Source: Cetorhinus maximus
Lineage: Eukaryota
Assembly: GCF_964194155.1 (NCBI RefSeq)
Contig: NC_135880.1
Location: forward strand, 36,208,001 to 36,272,000
Reading direction: 5' to 3'
Length of the DNA: 64,000 nt
In this document: positions 48,818-60,915 of the stretch, piece by piece
Layout: each line of letters begins with the position of its first letter
How positions within the stretch are numbered: the first letter of the stretch is position 1
Made by a program: the position numbers and the translations under genes
The notes under the pieces: model-generated
Database searches by the model: none
What the model was told of the DNA's origin: nothing
Seen by the model: only the letters and a program-made list of their open reading frames with translations

Positions 48818-50745
48818 TAGTTGGTGGTGTACTTGGACTTCAAAAAGGCATTTGATAAAGTTCCACATAACAGGCTTGTCAGCAAAGTTAAAGCCCATGG
48901 AATACAGGGACAGTGGCGGCATGAATGCAAAGTTAGTTGAGGGAGAGAAAACAGAGCAGTGCTGAGTGGTTGCTTTTCACCGTGGGGTTCTTCAAGAGTC
49001 AGTATTAGGCTCACTGCTTTTCTTGATGCATATCAGTAATCTAATTCGAGTGTACAGGGCATGATTTCAAAATATATGAATGACATAAAACTTGGAAATA
49101 TAGGGTAGAATCTTACCTATGGCAGGGGTGGGTGCAGAGCTGATCACCGCCCGCGATCAGCTGTGTACTGCCATTTTACGCAGGCGGGCTTTAATCGTAA
49201 CACGCCGCCGATAGCACTCAGTGCTACCTGTGCAGGTGGTGGGGGGGGGAGGAGGAAGAGTCGGCGCCTGCGCTCTTTCGCCAACCATAGAACACTACAG
49301 CACAGAAAAACAGGCCATTCGGCCCTTCTAGTCTGTGCCGAAATATTATTCCGCTAGTCCCATTGACCTGCACCTAGTCCATAACCCTCCAGACCTCTCC
49401 CATCCATGTACCCTGACGCTTTCAACAATTTGTACACATATTCCCCCAGGTTTGCCCTTTTTGCCCTTTTCCCCATCCAACCTCTAACAGAGCTGCCTCA
49501 GAGAGATTATGTCGATAATAGTTTTTTTTAAAATGAAGTAAAAAATAATTTAAACATATCCCCTCATGTGACAGTGTCACATGAGCCTGGACATGTTTGT
49601 GAAGTTTACTCAATTTATTTATTAATTTTATAAAATCTTCAGGAAACCTCATCCCGCCCGTGGATGAGTTTTCCTGGAAAACGCAAAGGCCGCTTGGGCT
49701 CTTCGCCTGCTCGCCAACCTTAAGATTGGACGGGCAGCATTGTTAATAAGGTAAATTGCTTTCTTAATGGCCTTTATAACCCACTGAACGCAATATTGAA
49801 ATGACGTCGGGACGCATGCCCGAGGTCTACTCACGTCATTTTACGCGTCGGCATGTTGGGCCCGCTCCCGCACACCGGCAATATTCTGCCCATAATGAAC
49901 TGTGAGGAGGATAGTGATAGACTTGAAGAGGACATTAGCGGGCTGATGGAATAGCTGGGCACATGGAGATGAAATTTAATGCACAGAAGTGCGAAGTGGT
50001 ACATTTTCGTAGGAAAAACAGAGGGGCATCATAAGACAAAGGGCACAATTCCTCAGTTGAGGGAAAGGGCAGACCTGGGGGCATACGTGCACAAATTGTT
50101 GAAGGTGTGAGTGTAGGTTGTGAATGTAGTTCATAAGGCTTACTGGATCCTGAGCTTTATAAATAGGGACATAGAATACAAAAGCAAGGAAGTTATGGTG
50201 AACCTTTATAAAACAAGGGTTCAGCCTTGATTAGTGTATTGTATCCAATTCTGGACACTGCACTTCAGGAAGGAAGTGAAGAGGAAGCAGAAGAAATTCA
50301 TGAGTGGTTCCAGGGATGAGTGACTTCAGTTACGTGGATAGATTGCTCAAAGATGAAGAAACCCAGAGTCTCCAGAGGAGATTTAATAGACATACTCAAA
50401 ATCTTGAGGGGTCTGGCCAGAATAGATAAGGAGAAACTTCCCATTGGCAGAAAGGTCAAGAACCAGAGGACACCAATTTTAAGGTGAATAGCAATGAACC
50501 AAAGTTGACATGAGGAAAATCTCTTTTATGCAGCAAGTGGTTAGAATCTGGAATTCGCTACCAGAGTGTGGTGGAGGCAGATCAATTGTGGCTTTCAAAA
50601 GGGAATTGGATAATTATCTGAAGAGAAAATTTGCAGGGATATGTATAATAGGTGCAGAGAGGGACTAAATGAGCTGCTCCTGCAGGAAGCCAACATGGAC
50701 ATAATGGGCTGAACAGCAGCGTCTTGTGCTTTATTGTTCTGTGAT
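48818..50745 (+). mobile_element. CR1 LINE split by a MITE
   Basis: VVYLDFKKAFDKVPHNRL; removing 49103-49891 and one TSD restores KLGNIMNCEEDSDRLEEDI; continues to the 3'UTR. Confidence 0.88.
49103..49891 (-). mobile_element. Harbinger-type MITE with nested CR1 3' tip (~49287-49411)
   Basis: Ends GGGTAGAATCTTACC / (rc) GGGCAGAATATTGCC. TSD ATA (49100-49102; 49892-49894). Homologous to 46790-47503 in reverse. Confidence 0.85.
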
Positions 50746-50939
50746 TCAATGTGCAAATCTGCCACTTAATAACTCTCCCTTCATATTACAGCTAAATAAT
50801 TTAAAAGTAGGGCCATTGCTTGGGTTTTTGTACAAAAATTGCCTCTTTGAGCAATCAGCTGTATGTTGTCCATGTGTTATTTGTAGTCTTTCATATTTAC
50901 AAACTGATTTTTTAAAAAAAAATTTTATTCCCAATATAG

Positions 50940-51032
50940 TTTGCAGAAAAGTTCCAGGAATTTAAAGATGCAGCACGGATAGCAAAGGAAAAAATGCAGG
51001 AAAAAATGGAATTAACCAGTACGCCTTCACAG
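50940..51032 (+). CDS. HOMER1: HOMER1 exon 4
   Basis: atag|FAEKFQEFKDAARIAKEKMQEKMELTSTPSQ|gtaggc, 93 nt. Confidence 0.97.
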
Positions 51033-51351
51033 GTAGGCATTACTAGTATTATGCATTAAATGTCACACAGGTCAGAAACAGGTTTGTGCAATCAGCAAAA
51101 AAATAAACGGCTCTGACAATTCAAGGGTAGAGTATTTTACCTTCAAACAGCCCCTTCAAAACTCTAAGTGAAAGAAGAGCAGGTTGTCTGAGCAAACAGG
51201 GAAGCATCATGGGGCAGTAAGTACTTAGTGAAAATTAGCATTGACCCATTTTGCAGTAAATAACCTAACCCAAAAAGGTTTTTTAAAACTTGCGCAAACC
51301 ATTTATCCAAAATTCCTTTAGAAGCATAAAATTTAAACCGAAACTCCAGAT

Positions 51352-52220
51352 CCAGATCACAGGAAGATATAGACAGGATGGTCAAATGGGCAGATAAGTG
51401 GCAGATGGAATTTAACCCTGAAAAGTGTGAGGTGATACACTTTGGAAGGAGTAATTTGACAAGGAAGTATTCAATGAACGGCATGACACTAGGAAGTTCC
51501 TGAGTAACAAAGGGACCTTGGCGTGTGTGTCCATAGATCTCTGAAGGCGGAGGGATATGTTAGTGGGGTGGTGAAAAAGACATTTGGGACACTTGCCTTT
51601 ATCAATCGAGGCATAGATTACAAAAGTAGGGAGGTCATGTTGGAGTTGTATAGAACCTTGGTGAGGCCACAGCTGGAGTACTGTGTGCAGTTCTGGTTGC
51701 CACATTATAGGAAGGATGTGGTTGCACTGGAGGGGGTGCAGAGGAGATTCAGCAGGATGTTCCCTGGGATGAAACATTTAAGTTATGAAGAGAGGTTGGA
51801 TAGACTTGGGTTGTTTTCATTGGAGCAGAGAAGACTATGGGGCGACCTGATCGAGGTGTACAAGATTGAGGGGCATGGACAGGATGGATCAGGAGCAGCT
51901 GTTCCCCTTAGTTGAAGGGTCAGTCACAAGGGGACATAAGCTCATGGTGGGGGGCAGGAGGTTTAGGGAGGATGTGAGGAAAATCTTTTTTACCCAGAGG
52001 GTGGTGACAGTCTGGAATGCGCTGCCTGGGAGGGTGGTGGAGGCGGGTTGCCTCACATCCTTTTAAAAAGTACCTGGATGAGCACTTGGCATGTCATAAC
52101 ATTCAAGGCTATGGGCCAAGTCCTGGTAAGTGGGATTAGCTAGGTAGGTCAGGTGTTTCTCACATGTCAGTGCAGACTCGATGGGCTGAAGGGCCTCTTC
52201 TGCACTATGTGATTCTGTGA
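51352..52220 (+). mobile_element. Young CR1 LINE 3' portion
   Basis: QEDIDRMVKWADKWQMEFNPEKCEVIHFG..LYRTLVRPQLEYCVQFW..FFTQRVVTVWNALP; GATTCTGT tail. Confidence 0.95.
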
Positions 52221-52844
52221 TCCTGTCAATTTAAGAATGATTGATTATTTCATCATCTAGACCTGCAACCAGGTCAGGAAGCATCATTCTTGATTTTGTG
52301 AAGGTTTGGCGATGGGCATTTTTTACATATCAAATGCAGAAAATATTTTATGGATCGCTGCATAAGAAATTGTTTGAGATAGCTGAGGCCTATGGTGTAA
52401 AAGGGAGAGTGAAGATATAGGTAACAACGGCTGAAAGACAGTTGTGGCAAGAGGATTTTTTTCCGCCTGATCTGTGTTAACGTTGTAATTGGCTGCTGAT
52501 GGCAAACTCCAGATACCAATCCCTTGGGAAAATCATGGGCATTAAGCAGACTCGAAGAATAAGCAAATCCATTGCAAACATAGTGGAACATGGGAAAATG
52601 AGAGATGATGCTTTTGGGCAAAACAAGAATAGAGATATGCCTAACATGGGAAATGTCTCCAGGCAGGGAAGAATCAAAGGGATGGACATGCGTAAATTCA
52701 TTAACCCTTAAGTGGGTGGACAATTTATATTTTTAAAAAACATTGATAGATGAGATTTTGGTATTTATATTGTGAGAAATTGAATGTAGCAGGAAAGTGG
52801 TTGTGATGACACTATACAATTACTGATTATGCCACATTTGGAAT

Positions 52845-53460
52845 AGGAACATAAGAAATAGGAGCTGGAGAAGGCCTTTCCGCCCCTCATTCAATAAGAT
52901 CAAGGCTGATCTGCCCCAGGCCTCAACTCCTCTTTCGTGCCAGCTCCTCGTATCCCTCAACTCCCTGATATTTCAAAAATCTATCTACCTCCTTTTAAAT
53001 GCTTTCAGTGATCTAGCCTCCACAACTCTGGGGTAGAGAATTCCAGACATTCACTACCCTCTGAGAGAAGAAATTCCTTCGCATCTCAGTTTTAAATGAG
53101 TGTCCCTTTATTCTGTAACTATGTCCCCTAGTTCAAGATTCCCCCACTAGTGGAAGCATCTTCTCAACACCTACCCTGTCAAGCCCCCTCAGAATCTTGG
53201 ACGTTTCAATATGATCACCCCTCATTCTTCTAAACTCTAATGAATAAAAGCCTAACCTGTTAATAATGGATCTAGCATTTTCCCAACGACAGACGTTGTG
53301 CTGGCTGGCCTATAGTTTCCTGCTTTTTGTCTCCCTCCCTTCTTGATCAAAGGCGTCACATTAGCGGTTTTCCAATCCACTGGGACCCTCTCGTAATCCA
53401 GTGAGTTCTGGAATATTTCAACCAATGCCTCCACCATCTCTGCAGCCACTTCCTTTAAAA
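52845..53460 (-). mobile_element. CR1 3' end joined to an internal CR1 fragment
   Basis: 3'UTR at ~52845; EIFQNSLDYERVPVDWKTANVTPLIKKGGRQKAGNYRP at 53252-53449. Confidence 0.85.
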
Positions 53461-54416
53461 TCTGTAGTTTTCAACGACTCATAGGATGGAAATGGATCCC
53501 TGGAGTGTGCAATGCAGATTTACTTGATTAAAATTAAGACTGAAGGGCCTGGAAAATTTAAGAATTCTTGAGCAACTGGGGCTATATTATTTTGTACTGA
53601 GAAATTTGAATGAGTGTTGATCAAAATGATAAAGGAACAAACAAAGGAAACATTATTTATTTTTGATAAGTGAAAAGATGAGGCCAGCTTCTCAAAAGCT
53701 GTGGATACATAAAGAGGAGATTAGAAGAAGCTTTTTTGTGCAAGAGCTGTTCAAATACAGAAGGTTTTACCACATGTGCTGCTCAATGTTAATTCGATAT
53801 TCATTTAGGCATTGGATAATTAATATTAAAGAGAAAATAATAAAACATGCAGACAACGGGGATGAAAAACTCTGTTTCTATAACTCAGAAGCGAGATATC
53901 TAAAATTCCTAATGCAATCCCTGTAAGTATGAGGACTAATGCATTCAATAAATTATTTTCAAGGTGAGAACTATTTCTGCAAAATGGGGAAATGTTTAAT
54001 TTGCCTTTATAATCTGGATAGGTCATCTACTTACCCTAAATTGCAGGGCTGTGCTATTCAGAGGTCATCTGATACTGTGATTTGTGTTGTAGCTAGAACT
54101 ATCCATACTTTAAATTTGAATAAGACCCAAAACCATCCTTGGAGCAAAACTTATTTTTGGTGGGGGGGGTGGTTGTGGAGATGGGAAGTGCTGGGGGAGG
54201 AGTGTGGAATAGGGCAAATGGTGACTATGAATCCAGTTCCAGAGGTGAAATACTGACCCATTGTGGAACCTACAATTCCAGTTGCATTTCTACTGACTGG
54301 AACGAAATTGAAATTGAATTGAATGGAATTTGAAAGCTTTATGTTTAATGATTTACTGTTCATAACCAAAGGAATGACTCTTTCAGAATGAAAGATTTGA
54401 GATTTTTGCTTCACAG

Positions 54417-54559
54417 GAGTCTGCAGGAGGTGACCTGCAGTCACCTCTGACACCAGAGAGTATCAATGGGACAGATGATGAAAGGTCTATTCAGGATGTG
54501 GCACAAGATTCTGATGCACGAGCTGAAATTAACCAGAGTTCTCTACCTTTTACTCACAG
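54417..54559 (+). CDS. HOMER1: HOMER1 exon 5 (hinge with P-motif SPLTP)
   Basis: acag|ESAGGDLQSPLTPESINGTDDERSIQDVAQDSDARAEINQSSLPFTH-AG|gtaggc, 143 nt. SPLTP is the Homer1-specific P-motif. Confidence 0.97.
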
Positions 54560-56321
54560 GTAGGCATATGAAATGTGAAGTTTTTGTTAGTCCCGTGGTG
54601 ATTACTGTTTTATTCTGCTTCCACATTGGTGTTGCCTTTTAATTAAAATCGCCTACTGCTTTAAACTACACAATTTTTCTTTTGCTGGAGTTTTAAGTTT
54701 TATACTGGGCCTCCAGGACAATGTTTTAAATGAAGAAACCAGAGCAAAGATCTGTAATAGAGAGACCATTACCAAGGTTGAAATGATTTTTTTTAAACAA
54801 AAATCAGATTTTTTTTAAAAGAAAAATAACACATCAGAAAATAATGTTTTAAAGGTCTGATGATTGCAGGGGAAAGGGAGACTGAGGAACATAAGGAGTT
54901 TAAGTTGAGGAAGTACAGCATGTGAAGTCTTGATTTTAATCATGTCGGGTAATGTATTTAGAGAGGAATAAGAGGAAAGCTGAAAGAGAACTGACTCTAT
55001 CTGCCCAATATCATGAGAGAAGAGAGACAGTTATATGGTTGAGCTGCCTGTTTGGATGCTGAGATTTTCATTTGGCCTGTTCTAAAGTATGAAAAATTTT
55101 CAGAAGAGGCTTTTCAAATATGGGAGCAGTAAGTCTTAGATTGACCGAGAACTTTCAACTTCTTTATAAAGCTTGAGAAACGAGTACTAGGTGAGCAAAG
55201 CAATCTGGAGGCAATTTTAGTTATAGAAACGGTGTGACTTCTATTTGAGATTAGCAAGGATGGTGGAGTCGAGGATGTTTGTCAGAGGAGCTGGGTAGAG
55301 TCAGGGATAAGTTGGTAGTTGTGGTCTTTGAAATATGAAATATCTCCGCGCTTTCAATTTTGCTTCAGCCTGTGTAATGAGATCACAAACTTCTTGAATT
55401 ATCGAACCCTGGAAGTTTAAGAACCAGTAATTAGAACTTGTCTTTATGGTTGTCATAGCAACTGATCTATTTAAAGATGGCCCCTTACTGCCTTGAGTTA
55501 ACTTTTTTTTAACTTTCCACTATAGCTTATTAGTATAGATGGTCATATCCAACTTTGGGCAAAGCTCTTTTTTTCTTAGTTGATTGAAATAAAGCATCTA
55601 GTGTGGTCGATCAATGTGTCAGGAGGAAGCTCTTAATTTTGATTTCCAAATATCTGTCTTAATTAGTTCATATCGTACCCTAGACCACGTATATCGCATC
55701 TGTCGATGAAGTGTATGTTTGGCTCAGACAACCAATATCTGTTTAGCCAAGTATGTGGATTTGCTCAAATATTAGATATCCTCTACACTGGAAAAGCAGG
55801 GAATCATGAACCAGCTATTGCCACCAAACCAAAATATGCCTGGAAATGTTTTCGAATCCTAGAATGGTACAGCACAGGAGGAGGCTGTTTGGCCTATGTG
55901 TCCGTGTCAGTTTTCGAAAAAGCTACCCAATTATGCCACCTCTACTCTCTTCCATAGCCCAGCACTTTTGTTCCTTTTCAAGTACCTATCCAATTGCCTA
56001 TTGTAGAGTTTTTCTTTAATCTGTTTCCACTACCCTTTCAAAGGCAGTGCATTCCAGATCATAACATGCCTTTAAAATAAAATAGTCACATTTCTTCTAC
56101 TTCTTTCACCTTAAAATCTGTGCCCTCTAGCTATTGAACCTTTTGCCATTGGCAGCAGTTTCTCCTCCCTTTATCAAAACCCTTCAAGATTTTGAACTTG
56201 AAGGAGAATAAGCATAGATCTCCTAGTGTTAGTGAAGCCATTTTGCTTCCATGCAAAGGCCACTTTAAACAGCTAAAAGATATTGTAGCAAATATAAGAG
56301 CAGAGAAGCACAAAACCTACC

Positions 56322-56422
56322 TCTGAAGATGAATCATACGGACTTGAAACGTTGGCTCTGTTTCTCACTCCACAGATGCTGTCAAACCTGCTGAGTTTTT
56401 CTAGCATTTGCTGTTTTTATTT
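56322..56422 (+). mobile_element. Solo Penelope pLTR (decayed hammerhead) in intron 5
   Basis: 13-bp TSD CACAAAA(C/T)CTACC (56309-56321; 56423-56435). Begins TCTGAAGA-T-GAATC(ATACG)GACTT-GAAA-CGTT. Confidence 0.8.
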
Positions 56423-58517
56423 CACAAAATCTACCATTGGTTTTATATCCTTCTGTGCAATCTTAAAAACCCCTCACTGGAGCTTCAAACTTGGTGTTGT
56501 GTTGCCTCCATTATCTTATAGTGTGTGCTTGGAACTTATCTGAATGATTTGGCTCCACAAAGTAGTGGTGGACAGAGCGTGCCAATGCCATCGTGTTTGT
56601 GTGTATAACCCTGGACTAACCTTCAATATAACTTAAGGCTGTTGTCACCGATTGACTCTAACATCAATTTGGTGAAGGTTTACAAATAGGAAGTTAAACC
56701 ATGTCTTGTCAATGGTGGGTCATAATATTCTGATGCTGCCAAAACATATTCTGGTGGAGAAGTGCAATTTCTTTTCCTCATATATATCCTCTGAATTCAC
56801 ATTTCTCTCAATTAACATCACAGTTTTGGTGTCTGTGCCAAAATTGACTAAGGAAGTCCCCACTTGTTTCACGGTCATTCATTCGTTCAGTTCTAATTTT
56901 TTAAGACTCTTTTTTTGCTCCTTGACCCTTTTGGTTGTGCTACACTCCCCCAATTCTGAATGGGGCCACAGCATGTCAGAAATGTGCTTCGTAAATTGGA
57001 ATATATCCATGAGCAATGACGAAGGTAATCCTGTATATTTGTTCAAGCATTTGTACGTTGAAGTTGAAAAATGCAACAGATCTGCCTCCCCCATGGACTC
57101 TTGGAGAGCTGTTTTTGAGTCCGATTGGGACCTGTTTCTGCAGTCACACTGTCACTTTTTGAATAGTGAAGCATTGCTATGGATAAGGAGTAATTTAAGA
57201 ATTTAACTCCGTACATCACCAAAAATCTGAGTGCCTCCCTTCCCCCCCTTTGTCCCCTATATCCTTTGTAACATGCTGTAGAACTGACTAACAATATAGG
57301 AAGGTGGAGAAGATCCACAAATGCTCTTCACCAGGTAGTGAGCGGCTATAAAAATACCCAGGACAATTTTAGGAAACAAAGCATAAAAGGGTTACGGTGG
57401 AGGTGGTTGACTTCTTCTGCAGTTGACGTGTATGATCATAAAATAATTGAAAAGATTTTTTTTTAAAGTTTCACACTTGGAAATGGTATTATCAAACCAA
57501 TATTGTGTTCAAGTTTATTTAATAAAATGCGTCCAAAATCGTACTAGTTTTATTTTCAAGCCTATGTGGTGACTCCTAGTCAGGAAAAGTCCACACTCAT
57601 TATTCAATAATTGTGTAGCTTTTTTCTTGTAACTGACCTACTTAGTTCTAGATTTTATTTTAAATCAGCATTGAATTCAGGTCACAGATGGGCAGATTGC
57701 AGGAGTTGGTCTTTCTGACCTGACCCAATTGAAATGCTAATAACGATGGTGAATTTGCAAGCTCATCGTTATTGTGACAAGACGTTTATGCACCTCCTTT
57801 GTAATGTGCTGTAGAGCTGATAAATGATATAGAAAGATGCAGAAGATCCACAAATACTCTTCACTCTTTAGAATATCCATTACAACTTGCATTTAAATAG
57901 TCTCCTCAATACAGACACATTCCAAACACGTAAGAGGGAAAATAGACGACATGTAGAGTTAACCAAGAGCGGAGTTTTAAGGGTAACTTAAGCGATGTAA
58001 AAGGGTATAGGGAGGGATCTCCAGAAAGTAGAGGCTAAGCAACTGAAGGTACAGCCAGAAGGAAGGAATGCACAAGGCCAGAATGCGAAGAATGGAGAGT
58101 TTAGGTATAATGACTACTGTAGCCAGAATGCCCAGAAGCCAACATGTTCAAGAATGTCAGAAAGGCTCATAAAGGTGCCAGTCCAGCAGTACTTTGCAAA
58201 GGGTGAGTTTTTGTGAGGGGAGGATTTGAAGGGGAGAGCAGCGCAGAGGAAACAATTTACAATATTGGGTAGCATGGCAGCCAGGAAGGAACGTTGGGGT
58301 GTCAGCATGTGATGGTCCCTTCAGGAAAGATTATGGGATGGGGGTGGGGGGCGGTGATGGGGAAACTGGAAATAAGTGAACGTGTTCCAACATCAGATTT
58401 GCCATTTGCTACAGATATCTCAATGTAAAATGTAAATAGATTGAATTTTTTTTTAAGAAGCCAGTGACAAAATCTACACAATGCTTAATAGTAACAAATT
58501 GTCTTATTTTTATACAG

Positions 58518-58674
58518 TACTACAATAGGAAAGCATTGGGAGTCTGAATTGGCAACCTTAAAAACCAACAATGCTAAACTTACAGCAGCACTACTGGAGT
58601 CTACTGCCAATGTTAAACAGTGGAAACAGCAGCTCACTGCTTATCAGGACGAAGCAGAGCGACTACACAAACGC
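58518..58674 (+). CDS. HOMER1: HOMER1 exon 6 (coiled-coil start)
   Basis: acag|T TTIGKHWESELATLKTNNAKLTAALLESTANVKQWKQQLTAYQDEAERLHKR|gtatgt, 157 nt. Confidence 0.97.
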
Positions 58675-60387
58675 GTATGTATTGATGTACTGCATATGAT
58701 TTCTGCCCACCAGTTGAATAGCACGCATTAACAGTTATGGCAGGTTATAGTCTAATTATTTGAAACATTCTATATACTGACTTAATCTTATTTATGTCTA
58801 GAAATGTAACTGGAATATTTCATTGAATTTCAGTTTGTTTCAAAGTGGCCTTGTATTTTGATTTAAGATTTGAGGTCTAGTTCTAAATTTTTCAGGATGA
58901 GTAAAGACTCCATGGTCTGACTGTACAGCCAATCGGTAATTGAGTGAGACTAATAGTTATTTCTCAATTAGATATACAAATCCTCCCAGTGTTAGGATTA
59001 ATTGACAGAACTGCAGTTTGCACTCTGGAAAAGTAACTTTCAGTAGCAGTTGCTATCTTCAATGTCTCAGATTTTGTACATAGCTGCACCTCTTTTAGAA
59101 TAGTCCTCAGGGCAGATTTCGTTATCCTTAAGGGATCTGACTAAAGTTGATAGCTCCTGACTTTACCTGAAGATATTATATAAAAAAAACTTAGGTAGGA
59201 AATAAACATTTCCCTAGTTCAGTGTTGCATGCTGCATTTCGAAGGTTTTTCCGTTCCTGTTTGAGGGACTGTACAGTATGATTGTTCAATGTGCAACCAA
59301 TTAAAATTGCTGCTTTAATAGACGACATTGGCTAAGTTATAAAGATTGGTAGACCATAAAGAATAATTGCAGACCCTCATTGGCCTTCACTGTTTTTAGG
59401 GTAAATTATGGAATCTAGGTGATGAGTAAATAGTTAGATTTCAGGTCAGGGTGACATTATTGGGCACTTTCATGTCACTTGAAACAGAGTCTGAAAGCCT
59501 TGTGACCATTTTAAAAAATAATTAATGGATAGTTGATGGGAATTTACTGCATTAAGATGGTATGGCAGTGTAAATCTTCATGTGCCTGTTGCACACAAAT
59601 CTGTTTCATTGATAATAAAGTCCGTGCCCTTGATTTTTTTTTAACAGCAATTGGCGTTATGACAGGAGCTACATGTAAAGTGGTGTTTTACATTGATGCT
59701 CCAGCAAAGGAAAATGCAGGTCTGGCTTCCCTGCCAGTACTGCTTAAATTGCCAGTCCACAGTATTGCTGTCAGGAGGTCAGTTGCCTTCATACAACGAG
59801 GAGGAAGATAGTTTAGCTCCAAGGTTGTTCTAGTAGTTTCTAGCCGTCAATTCTGACAGACCAGATTGCACATTTATCTGCTTGTGTTATTGTTAACATG
59901 TGGGCTGGGGTGATAAGCTCATCCTCAAAAGCACAGAACTGTCCACTGGAAATTATAAACTAAGAAGTGGGGGTCATAACTTAGGCAAATTATTTCTAAA
60001 CACTTGTCTAAGTTGAAGCTTCACTTTAGTGCAATGTGCACATATTTTTCAGAACGTTGAGAAGTAAGAAATGATTTGCAAGATAGGAAAGGGGCTAACT
60101 GCTTAACTATTGAATAATGCTACTGTAATATCCTTAAAATTGTTAAGTTTTCAGTCAAAATATCTTTTCTTGGGCCAGACTTATGTGCCCTATTTTACTT
60201 GTAGCTCCTGTGCTTGCCCCCCTGCAAAGTGCAGCTGTGGACAAAATATTTTGTGCTCGTGCTGAATTAATCATTTTTGCTAATAATCAAAAAAACTTTT
60301 TACAAAAGTATACAAGAATCATTATTGGACTTGCATTTAGAATGGAATGTTAAGGTAACATTCACCATTCAGCAGAAACTGAACTAG

Positions 60388-60915
60388 GCTGGGAATTCTG
60401 CAGGGAGTAACTCACCACCTGACTCTCCAAAGCCTGTCCTCCATCTACAAGGCACAAGTCAGGAGTGTGATGGAATAGTCTCCACTTGCCTGGATGAGTG
60501 CAGCTCCATGAACACCTACAACCCAAGGCAAAGCAGTCCGATTGGTTGGCACTCCATCTGCCCTCGACATTCACTCCCACCACAACTGATGCACCGTGGC
60601 AGCAGTGTGTACCATCGACAAGATGCACTGCAGTAACTTGCAAAGGCTCCTGTGACAGCACCTTCCAAACCCACAGTCTGTACCACCTAGAAGGACAAGG
60701 GCAGCAGATACATGGGAACACCACCATCTTGACTTGGAAACATATCGCCGTTCCTTCTGTCACTGGAACTCCCTGACAGCACTCTGGGTGTACCTACACC
60801 ACATGGACTGCAGCGGTTCAAGGCGACGGCTCTCCACCACATTCTTGGGGGCAATTATGGATGTACAATTTATAAATGCTGGCATAGCCAGCAACTCCCA
60901 CACCCCGTGAAAGAA
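60388..60915 (+). mobile_element. 3' end of the second LINE family
   Basis: SIYKAQVRSVME*SPLAWMSAAP..; homologous to the reverse complement of 23855-24420. Confidence 0.85.

Noticed and set aside
54560-58517. 36-nt Homer1c cassette exon
   Set aside because: I could not find a matching AG..GT-bounded sequence; exons 5 and 6 join in frame without it (Homer1b-type).
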